Positions 37,201 to 49,200 of a stretch of DNA of 64,000 bases are shown here, piece after piece. Position numbers and translations under genes: made by a program. This DNA comes from Tubulanus polymorphus (Eukaryota; Animalia; Nemertea), in assembly GCF_964204645.1 (NCBI RefSeq), contig NC_134036.1:3100001-3164000 (forward strand), in the 5' to 3' direction. Each line of letters begins with the position of its first letter. Positions within the stretch are counted from its first letter, which is position 1. Under the pieces are notes generated by a model. That model worked only from the letters and a program-made list of their open reading frames with translations. It ran no database searches and was not told where the DNA came from.

Positions 37201-40200
37201 GAAAAAATTTAACCAATCAGAGCAGAGTTCGTTCTGCCAGTCTGACCAATCGCATGAAACAGTGGATATATCCAACCAATCGCCACACCGTTCTGAGAAT
37301 AGTCCCAACCAATCAGAAGATGAATTCGTGAGTTTGAAACGAATGCACGATAAGAGCACGGCGATTTATCATGTTTTGTCCGGGTCGAATAACACTGATA
37401 AGAGATTACCTCGTGAAGATTCACCAGGTGAGTTATTAATATAAAATCCGAGAATGAAAAATTGTAATGTACAGAGTAGATATGCGGCCATTCGGGTAAA
37501 CTTTTAAACTCAGTAGAATTGAGAAACAATGTGTCTTAACCTAACAGTAAGCTGTTAACTGTCTAGCCTAACAGTAAAATTTAAATCAGTAACTGTGGTC
37601 CATAGTTTTTAAAACCCATCCTCTATGTTACTAATGGTGATGTTTATCGGGCTTTTTTCCTATTTTCAGATTATCGCAGTTTTATTACGGGTCTCCAATT
37701 TTGTCCTCCTTCAATCATCAAATCATCACCGCCTCACCTGCCAGAGACAGCTGAATCGAAACGTCAACGACAGAAATCCAGACTAGGTTTGTGTTACTGT
37801 ACATATAGGCCTATTGTATATAACTGTAACATAGATGCTCGAACACTGTTCAGAGAATTGAACTGATAATCACTGAGCTTACACTTATTGGATAGACGTA
37901 ACTACAGTAGAACCTGCGTATCAGATCGAAATCGAATATAATATTTTATTGATAATAAGCAAAACTGATAGTTGATGACTTAACAGTTTATTCTGACAGT
38001 TTCAACTAGAATTCAGCATCGGAGAAATAAAAATAACACAATAACATTATTCATGTTTATCATGTGATTTTGGGTTCTCTGATGATGAAGCTAAGTCAAA
38101 ACTTCGTAGAAACTGTCAGAAAATAAATTGTTAAATCTTCAACTGTGGAGTTTGTTCATCAACTCGGAAATACTGAGATTGATATCAGTCTCTACGGGTC
38201 ATTGTATTTCACATCCGCAGTAACCTATTCCTCATAACACTGAACCGATTTATTTTTAGACGAATTACGCCGGAAACTGGAAGAATTAAACGACGATGAT
38301 AAGAGTTTATCAACTGCATCGACGCAGACAATTAGCTGTAACCGTCCGTATGTTTGTCCGGTAAGTGTGCGGAGAGCTGACACTGTGACAGTCACTGTCC
38401 CAATCTCAATGAATATCAAATCCCTGTCATCCCCTGTATCAACTAGTGAAGTGGTATGTTTTTCAAACCCTTCACTCCTACTTTCTACGCCTGCAATCAG
38501 TCACATTAACTCTTTCTCCTTTGTAGTGATCACTTATTGAGTCCTGTATTGTGTTTGTTCAGGGTGGCCACTTTCCTGGAAATCAGGGAAAAGTCAGGAA
38601 ATGTTTTTTTTTCCTTATAAAATTCAGGGAATTTTGTAGAAAAGATCTCAGGGAAATTTGTTAAGGTTGCTTGTCATACCTAAAATCAAACAGTTTGCCT
38701 CTTTGCCATATATGACTGTGTTAATTGATGGATTCTTAACAGATCATGTCAGAGAAAACAACGTATACATGTCAGGGAACAGTTGGGGATAAAGCAAGTC
38801 TAATAGAAATTGTATTCACAGTCCAATAATTGTGAAGGACAAACTTCTGAGATACTTTATTTATATCGGAACATTTCAATTCATGTCACGTGCTGCCATC
38901 TTTCTATTTTCGTCGAAACTACTTACCTTTCTCGCTGGTATGATTCTCTGTTAGAGCTACTAAGTATGTCCTGATGAACTATTTAAATTCAAATTTCTCT
39001 TACGATTATCCCCATGGATCTTGACCGGAACAAACTTTTCCATTAATTCACTGAAATATTTGTTTAATTTGCATACATGTTCAACACCGAATTTATAGCT
39101 TGGTCGAGTTGAATACTTAAACATTTGAATAATTGTGGGGAAAGAGAAGAACCTACGAAAAGAAACTCAATTATTTGGCAATCCAAACCTATTTCCCTTT
39201 GAAATACAAGTTGGATTATCCAGCACATGCAGATGGCATCTCTGAAATTGATCTAACCTGTCAGCTTACTATGATGAATGCTGAGAATTAATATAGTGTT
39301 ATGAGATGGTTATCACATGTTTTGGTCATGCACTATGTCCTTTCACATATTTTGGTCATGCACTATGTCCTTTCCGCTGGTTCAAATGATTTATCAAGAG
39401 ATAGGCCTATATGATATATGAGAATATAGATGATAGATAAGAGAAGTCTCTACAGTGAGAATATCTAATCTGTAGCCTCATATTTCAGAACAAAACGCAT
39501 TATTTTTCCTTTCCTACTTATTTGATGATGAAAGTATCTGAATAATTAGTGATTGATTTATAGAAATAATGAATCGGAATTTTTGGAAGCAGGATTTTAA
39601 AGGGGTATCTGGGCTGTATCTGCCACTGCTGCACTACACCGCACTGACCTGACCGCAACACATTTGACTGTACCACATTCAACAACTTCAGCATTTTCAT
39701 GTATTTAAGATATGCGGTTACGATTTCTGGACGCTGAGCGAGCAGCAAACTCACATGAGCGGTCATCGTCAGGACGCGGTCAGTCTGCACGTCAACCTGT
39801 GTCTAGAGGCTATGATCGAACGTAGACGACTCGGTTTAGTCGTCAACATGCCCAATTTCGCGCACCGGTGCCCGTCGTGCGAGGCTGATTTCTCCGGAAG
39901 AGACGCACTCGGACATCATGCAAGATTTTTCGATAATTACACGCAGCAGTACGCGTTTCACAGTCACGTCTACACCGATCCATCGTGCGTCGATGATAAT
40001 CTCAACGAGCTCATCTCACAAACAGGTAATAGAATCAAAGCTGATCGTTGAGCATGGTCGCATTGTGCGCAGGGTCCCCAGGTCAAAAAACTAAAGCAGT
40101 TTAGATTAAATAAAACTATTTGTTTTTGATTGGGTCTTATTTATTATGATGTTTCCTCGATGAAAATGGCTAGAAATTTTATTTCTAAATTCCGACCACC

Positions 40201-43200
40201 ATGAGAATGTGACAGCATAGCGCATGCAATGAACCATGTCCTGGCGCCACCAGCCAGGACATGGTTCATTGCAAAGTTTTGCCATCTATCAGAAATAATC
40301 AGAACTAAAAACGTCTGGTGCGGGCACATAGAGTTATAAGGATAGTGTGCTATACAATACTATATTGACGAGCTGATTTCGTCATATGCACAAGAAATAA
40401 CAATTTTTTTATGAGCCCAGCTTGTCATACGCGGCAAAAGGGTAATAGGAGGGATTGGTTTGTCGATAGGTGGGTGGGTTAGGAGAAGAAAAAGGAGTAA
40501 TTTAGAAAAGAGTAGCATGTAATGAGGGATAGTTTTTGAAACGTTTGGTTAGGTTTGCAAGTTGGATATAGATTTTGAGGAGGGAGTGTAAGTTGAGATA
40601 TGAAGATATTGCATTGCAAAATTAGAATTAGAATTTTTTCCTTCTCATAGACTATGTGTGTAAGACGAAAATCAACAAAGACAACCTGGCTGCTCTGCGA
40701 GATATGGCTGAAAATCTCGCCACCCCTATTTCAGCTACTGAACAACCAGACAGCAAGCAACTAACTGAAGATTCTAACATCCCGAAAAACTCAACAGAGA
40801 TTCTTACGGTTGATGTGAAAAAGTCACAACCACCACCGATGAAGGTGACCGAACATGAAATCACTGAGTTTTCACTGCTAGGTGAACCAGTATCTGGAAA
40901 TGATGTTGAAAAGAATTTGGCCATGTTGCAAGATTTGGCAGAAAATTTGGTATTCAATTCTGAAAATAAAGATGACGCGTCAAAAAGTGAAGTTGCGGTG
41001 GAGACCGAAGCCTGCAAAATGCTCAGTGTTGATGAAATTTCTACCTCGAATGTCGATTCTCAACTTTCAGAGAATGTCGAAAAAGTTGCCAATGGCAGGG
41101 ATCATGGCAATAACATGATCATTGAAAAACAGGAGAAAGAGGATGGCAAGGAATACTACTGTGATAAAAGCCTTTCTGAGAATCCGAATGTGATTACAAA
41201 CAGCTCTGTTATTCAGAAAGTTGCTTCTGAAAATAGAAATGAGCCTATGGTGATGAAAAGTGATGATTTGAATCTCGATGTCTCCATAAATGAGGACAAT
41301 ATAAAATACTCTAATGAAAGCCAGTTTGAAAGTCAGAGTGCGATAATAAATACGCCTGTAGTGATAGATTCTGAAAAAGTCCAAAACCTTGAAACAGCTG
41401 AAAATAGAAGCATTGAAAATGTTGATTCAGATGAGAATGCAGCAAAGAAAACTTCATCTCCCAGTAGGGAAATCGTAAAGACAACTGAAAAGTGTGAAAT
41501 TCTGCCATTGAACGAGAACTTTCCTGTTGATAAACTAGAACAAGAAGCAAATCTAGAAATTGAAAAGATTTCAACAGATGATCATTGTTCTGATAAAACT
41601 TCTACCGATAAGGAAATTAATTTGGAGCAAATGGATGATTTTGAAGTGCCGCCACTGAATGAGAAATTCTCTTTGGATGATAAACAAGATGAGTCAAATT
41701 TATCGAATACACAAGGAGAAATTGTCGAAAGCACAACGGTTGTTCGAGTGAAATCACCAAGCAAAACAACGGAGATCGAAATAAGTACTGGCACAGCTGT
41801 CACTAATAGTGAGGCGACTTCAGCTGATCAGGAATCACTTACCAAAGTTAAAAACACATTTACCTCAGAAATGGACAAGGAATCTAAAGATGTTGAGATG
41901 AGCGATGTATCTCAGACTAGTGCTGATGATATGGAGGTAACGGAAATATGTGCTGCGAAAATCTTAGCAAATACAAACCTCGAAAACTCTATGCCAGAAA
42001 AAATAGATCTAGCCCTAGAAGAGTCGAAATGTGAATGTGTTGATGATTCTGCTGTGACAAAAACTGGCATTGAATTAGAAATTGCTGATTTGACCACTAG
42101 TGACCCTAGAGAACAGCTGAGTACTGAATCTCTTGATGTTGCCAAAGACTCAATAGCATGTAGGTCACCAAGAGCCAGCATCCCGGACATTAGTGGTTCC
42201 ATAGAACAGCTGAGTACAGAATCTCTTGATGCTGCCAAAGACTCAATAGCATGTAGGTCGCCAAGAGCCAGAATCCCGGACACTAGTGGTTCAATAGAAC
42301 AGCTGAGTGCAGAATCTCTTGATGCAAAAGACTCAATAGCAGAAGCTGAATGTAGGTCACCACGAGCAAGCATCCCGGACACAAGTGGTTCAATAGAACA
42401 GCTGAGTACAGAATCTCTTGATGCAAAAGACTCAATAGCAGAAGCTGAATGTAGGTCGCCAAGAGCCAGCATCCCGGACACTAGTGGTCCCATAGAACAG
42501 CTGAGTACAGAATCTCTTGATGCAAAAGACTCAATAGCAGAAGCTGAATGTAGGTCGTCAAGAGCCAGCATCCCTGACACTAGTGGTTCCATAGAACAGC
42601 TGAGTACAGAATCTCTTGATGCAAAAGACTCAATAGCAGAAGCTGAATGTAGGTCGTCAAGAGCCAGCATCCCTGACACTAGTGGTTCCATAGAACAGCT
42701 TAGTACAGAATCTTTTGATGCAAAAGACTCAATAGCAGAAGCTGAATGTAGGTCACCAAGAGCCAGCATCCCGGACACAAGTGGTTCCATAGAACAGCTG
42801 AGTACAGAATCTCTTGATGCAAAAGACTCAATGGCAGAACCTGAATGTAGGTCGCCAAGAGCCAGCATCCCAGACACTAGTGATTCCATAGAACAGCTGA
42901 GTACAGAATCTCTTGATGCAAAAGACTCAATAGCAGAAGCTGAATGTAGGTCACCAAGAGCCAGCATCCCGGACACAAGTGGTTCCATAGAACAGCTGAG
43001 TACAGAATCTCTCAATGAGAAAGACTCAATAGCAGAAGCTGAATGTAGGTCACCAAGAGCAAGCATCCCGGACACTAGTGGTTCAATAGAACAGCTGAGT
43101 ACAGAATCTCTTGATGCAAAAGACTCAATAGCAGAAGCTGAATGTAGGTCACCAAGAGCCAGCATCCCGGACACAAGTGGTTCCATAGAACAGCTGAGTA

Positions 43201-46200
43201 CAGAATCTCTTGATGCAAAAGACTCAATAGCAGAAGCTGAATGTAGGTCGCCAAGAGCCAGCATCCCGGACACAAGTGGTTCCATAGAACAGCTGAGTAC
43301 AGAATCTTATGATACAAAAGACTCAATACCTCTGAATATGTCACACATACAAAACATCTCAGCAGCTGAAACGAGCCTACTTGAAGAAGTAAAAAATGAC
43401 GATGCCATGCCTTCATCATATGTCATTTTGTCAGCTGATTCAAATACAATATGCGATTCATCGAATGAAATAAGTAACTCTGAGGTGACAACTACTCAAA
43501 CTTTGTCAGATGCTAATAATCCTGTAACTGGTCAAACAGAGAATGAGGGTTTCGAAGAGAAGACGAATGATGAAGCTTTACAAAGAAACATTGATAATAA
43601 TGGATTAGAAACTGGGATTCACATCGATAATTCAAAATGCGAAACAACTGATAACGATTTTCAAGAATCAAGACCAGTTGCATCAAATACAATCGATGAT
43701 AGTTTTCTTCTTTGTTCAGAAACATTGGATGACACTCCCAGCTCGAGTCCAAAATCAACCTCTATGGTTCCTACGACTGATGAAACATTGACTTCTGCGT
43801 CGGATAAGGATTCGCGAAAAGAAGCTGAAGTTGTGATTGAACAAAAAAATTCATCGGAATTCACATGTTTGAATGCCAGTATAGATCAAAAGCAGGAAAC
43901 TGAAGCTATGCAGGAATCAACGGAAGAATCAATGGAAGAATTTCAGTCCTCTTTCAAGCCAATATTTGCCGATTCAGGTGAAACAAACTCCAATGTAGAA
44001 TCAGATAAGCTTCAGTCTGTACAGCTAGATAGTACAAATTCGTCAGAAGCCATAAGTACCGGCGGTACCTCCAATATAAGCCAGATTGATGAGATTGTGG
44101 ATCAGATCGAGAAATTGGATGACCATAATCAGAATTTGAAAGGATGTGAAGTCTCAGGCCAGACTGAAGGAAATAGCGGTTCACTATCAGATATTGAAGA
44201 CACGGAAAAAGATTCGATGACTCACGGAAGCATCGTTAGAAGTGGCGAAATTGATGACAACACGAGTCAAGAATTGAACCCAAATACCGAGGAAATATCA
44301 ATGACTGATATTGAAAGCAAAGTTGTTGAAACACACGAAATAGATGAAGAAAAGGTGGACGATGATATTATAGAAATGTCAAAAACTGAAAATGTGAGTG
44401 TCTGTGATGAAGATGTAGTTACTGTTGATGTAATTTCTGCTGCTAGTAGTGATAAAATAAAGGAAATAGATTATGATGTTATGGAGAAATGTCAGCCAGC
44501 TCAATGCAGCAATGAAAACAAGACTGAGCACCCCGGTATATCGGCTGATTCACCTGAATCAGTTGATATCACAATGCAAGAAACAATTACTGTTGCAGCT
44601 GAAGTATGCAGTCTTATGCCGGATCTTTTGTCAAAAGTTGAATGCGAAATTGAAGCTTTCAAAACCAGTGAAGAAGAAATTCCAAATCAACTGAATTTAA
44701 CAGAACTGACCTGTTCAGAAAATCCTGGCTCGGCAATGGATTCAGTTACCGAAAGTTCAGAAGTAGCAACAAAAATATGTGTTGCAGATGACAGTTTGGT
44801 TCACCCAGCCCAGGTTGCCGTAGAGCCTGAACTTGAATCGGATGGTGGTGTAGATGACAGTTTGGTTCACCAAGCTCCGGTTGCCGTAGAGCCTGAACTT
44901 GAATCGGATGGTGGTGTAGATGACAGTTTGGTTCACCAAGCTCCGGTTGCCTTAGATGAACTTGAATCGGATGAAGTGATATCCGATGAAACAGTTGATA
45001 TATGCAAATCCATACAAGAGGATGTAAGGTTTGAAATGCACGAACCAACCGTAAACGTAACGAATCAATCGGAAATAAGAAACGAAGCTAAGAAAGAAGA
45101 AGTTGTTCTCGATGAAGATAGTTTGATAGAATATGTAGAAGGCGAGGCTGTGGAGAAATTAAATGCTGCTCAATCTGATTCCCTGCAAACTATTATACCC
45201 CAAAATGTGCCTAGATCTCCAAATGATGGTGATTCTGACCCCGCTCAATCTGTATCTTCTTGCACACCACACTACGACCCTTACATTCCAATATCCAATG
45301 CATCTGCGGTGGATAGAATTGACCAAGACTCATCTGGCTCCCATGTCTCATATGGAATAAATTTTACTGACAAGAAAGAAATCGAAATTTGCCAAGAATC
45401 AGTAGAACCTAAAACTAATCCTCAAAAGTTTCCCAGCTACGGGTCTGGTGAAAATATCCACTGCTTGATTCGTGAGAAAATTCCTAATGAAACTGTACCA
45501 ATGGAATTGGATCAAGTGAAAGAAATAAAAATTGGTGATCGAATTGATGAAGAAGAATCATTGTGTAGCATGAATGAAAGTGGGCAACAAGAAATTTCAG
45601 AGCATTTAGAAGCCCATGCAACATCTGATAATGACGAGGAATGTGTTGGGTTCAAAGATGATGGAGAAATAGATTCGAAGCAAGTAAACCTCGACAGACA
45701 AGAGACCCAGTCTGGGAGTACCACGGAAAGCAATACCAAAAATAATCAATTTGTTGATCATAACTTGATTGATGCTAACCAATCAGTTCCGATTGTTAGT
45801 GAACAGAATTCTGAGATAATTCCACCAGAATCCCTGATGCAAACTGGCGAAAATGAAAAAGTTTCTGATACTATTCAGAAAGAATCTCTGCCAGATAATT
45901 CTACTCCAGTGAAACCTGAAGATAACGTGTCAGAAGTTGAAGGAGAAAGTGTTGAAATATGTAAACACGAATGTAACAATGAATTAGAGTTAGAGAACAA
46001 TGCCACTGATAGTAATGATAAACAGAACAGTTCTTATGGAACTTTTTCTGACCAACCTGAAGAAAGTGGTGGACCTCAACTTGATGCAGTCTCTCTCACT
46101 GTGGCTGATAATTGTGAGAATTTATCCGAAGTTTCTGACTCCCCAAATGAGGGTCTGTGTGACCAAGTCAATGTCTCGCCCACTGAAGCTGATGCTGGGT

Positions 46201-49200
46201 CTGAAGGTTTTGATTCATTACAGCCTGCAGTTTATGATGCACCAAAACTGAGCTCAACTGCCGCTGAAGTTTCGAACCTGCAAATACTCGAAACTCCTGT
46301 CGAATTAGAAGTTTCCAATTCACACAAGGATGATGAAGATAAGAAAATCAAAGACCCACTGATTCCTGCGGAAGCTGGTGACACACCCGAAGTTTCAGAC
46401 CTTATGGTACTGAGTGAAGCTGGTCTCAGCACTGAAAATTGTACCTCATCCAAAGATACCTGTAATTCAGTGGTGAAATCTTCGATGCCTTTGGACGAAG
46501 CTTCAAATCCGATGAGTTGGAATGAAGCTGATATCGCATTTGATCTAAAGGCCTCAAAAGAAGACAGTCACAGTGACTTAGTTGAAGCTGGTGCTGTATC
46601 TAGAAAACATGATTCACCAGGAGACGCCCAATCTTCATCAGTTGAAGTATCGAATGATCTTTTCTCTGAAAGGTCAAAAGAAGACAGTCACAGTGACTTA
46701 GTTGAAGCTGGTGATGTATGTAGAAAACCTGACTCACCAGGAGACGCCCTATCTTCTCCATTAGTTGAAGTATCGAATGATCTTTCCTCTGAAATGTCAA
46801 ACGATGGCAAGGTTGATCTTAACACCTCGAAAGATAGTAGTCAGACTGACCTAGTCAAAGCTGGTACAGCACCTGGAAAACATAACTTATCATCAACTAA
46901 CCAGTGTTCATCAGTCGAAGCCCCGGCGTCTTTGGGCGATGTTTCGAAAGAAGTTGCCTCTGAAACTGCAACTGATTCAAAGGTTGAAAACAAAGATATT
47001 GATTGTCGTAGTGATGTTGAGCAGTCGGCATTCTTCGCATCGCTCTCTCTACAACAGGGACCAGCACCGGCTGTGATCAGGTCGCCAGAAAAACCATCGG
47101 GAAATACCCGCTTGAAACGACAACGAAGATTGTCCGAGAATATGGCAGCGAATTCGTCAGCGGTCAGGTCGACGGCGGTCGAGAGCACGAAAACATCTCC
47201 GACGAAATCACCTGTTAAAAAAGCGAGAAGCGTTGCAGAAGCTCAGTCTCAGATAGCGGAGGATGGTTCGACCAAAGAGGTAGCGAAACAACGTCCCAGA
47301 AACATGCAGCGCACACCTGACATTATTAAAGTGCATAATTTACGCAGCAAATCGAGTGGGAGTGGTTGCCCGGCAACGGCGGCTGCTGCTTCAGAGCATG
47401 GGCATAATTTACGTAAAAAGTTATCACAAGTCAAAGGCTCAGAACGAGTAACAAGGCCCAGTCAACGAGCTAAGGCCACGAGTCGGTCAGCTCAATCCAC
47501 TGATGCACGAGAAGATAAACTGAAATGGAAAGCTCATGAAAGGGCTACGAAAAAGGCCGTCCGCGAAACTGCTGATACAAAAAAGAACGAGAAAGCCAGG
47601 GGCAGCAATGTCACTAAAGATGGCGGTAGCAGAGGTCGCAAATTGAGGACGGCAGATAAGAAGACTGTGGCCGAAAAATCGTTGAAAGAGGTTAAAAACT
47701 CTAAATCGTCGGCCGTTGAGTTAGTGGCCGATTTGTTTACATCGGAAGAAAATCGACGAACGTCTGCTAAGCTCGTCGCCATGGCAATACTGGACGACAA
47801 CAAAACGTCTAAAGTGGAAACGGAGAGCAGTATCGCTTCTGACTCGGAGACGAGTGAAGCGCCGAAATTTGAGAAAGTTATCATCAACGATTCGAAAATC
47901 GAAAGTCTGCCGCGTACGCTCATCAGGTGCGAACACTGCGCAGTTCAGTTGGAGACTCACGCCTCGGCCGTGCGTCATATGCGCGTTCACAACATGCAGC
48001 TGAAAGACGATGATAAAAATCACGCATGCGCGATTTGCGCTAAGAAGTTCATCTGCGAGTTCCTGCTCGACGAACACATCCGGTTGACGCACGCTTCCGG
48101 TTATAATCTCGTGTGTCCGAAGTGTCCGGAGCGGTTCATGTGGAGGATACTCTTAGAGGAACACATGGAGTCCTGTCATGTTCCGATTGCTGAAGAATTA
48201 CAGGCTGGTATGTATAGTTTGATTTCGACTAAGTTAAGCAGGTTCCGATCCTGGAATCAGCTCTGACGCGTTCGTTTCGACCGAAATACGTTCTGCCCAT
48301 TCGAGAATACAGTCAATGCCCGTTATAATGCCGTTGCTAAGATAGAGAACATATTTGTCCAATCTAACTCAATGAAAATACCATTCCTTTTTTACGCCAA
48401 ATTACCAATAGCGCCAAAGATAAAAACCCACTATTTACAAATTAAAATAAATCTAAAATCGAGAAACGTATTTATTGAAACGAAACGATCTAAAATATAA
48501 GAACACGATGTTTCGATCTCACCCTAGAGATCATCGTCTAGGGTGAGATCGAAACGTCGTGTTCTTTTAATTCGTAAATAGTTGGTTTTTATCTTATCAT
48601 CTGTTCACCACGTGTGTGTGTGGTTATGGTACCACTATAGCGCCATTGGTCCCAAAAGTGCCATTATAACGTAGCATAATCTGTAAATCTGATAGAAGCG
48701 GTAGGGAGTTTGTATCACGTGTTTGATATTTCTAAATCGAATGCACGAACTTTCAAACGGAACCTGCATTACATATGGAATGATTTCATGCCACAAACCA
48801 GTGCCAGGTTTTATTAACTTTAACCTTAAAGATAATTCCAGTTTGTAAATCAGGGCCCTGAAGCTTTTCCACAATTAACATAAATGAAATAAACATGCCT
48901 GTGTATTGTATCTATTTCAGAAACGGTTAACACCAGTCCAAAGAGTTTCAAAAGACGAAAGAACAAACCGTCCGATGCAAAGTCACGATTCACGTGTCAT
49001 TTGTGCAGCAATACCTCGATCGGTAAAGCGAACCACCGTAAACACATGCGTTTACACGGATACGGACCGTGCATGGAGTGCGATCTGTTCAAGCCGTATC
49101 ACAGCAAGTGTCGCAGTAAAGAGTGCATAACTTTCCGCAAAACTGCCGCCGAACATCGCCGCAAAATCGCCGGCTCTACGCCGTCGAAGAGAGCGGCGAG

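Noticed and set aside
41912-43285. 457-aa antisense ORF
   Set aside because: Mirror of the 99-bp coding repeat.
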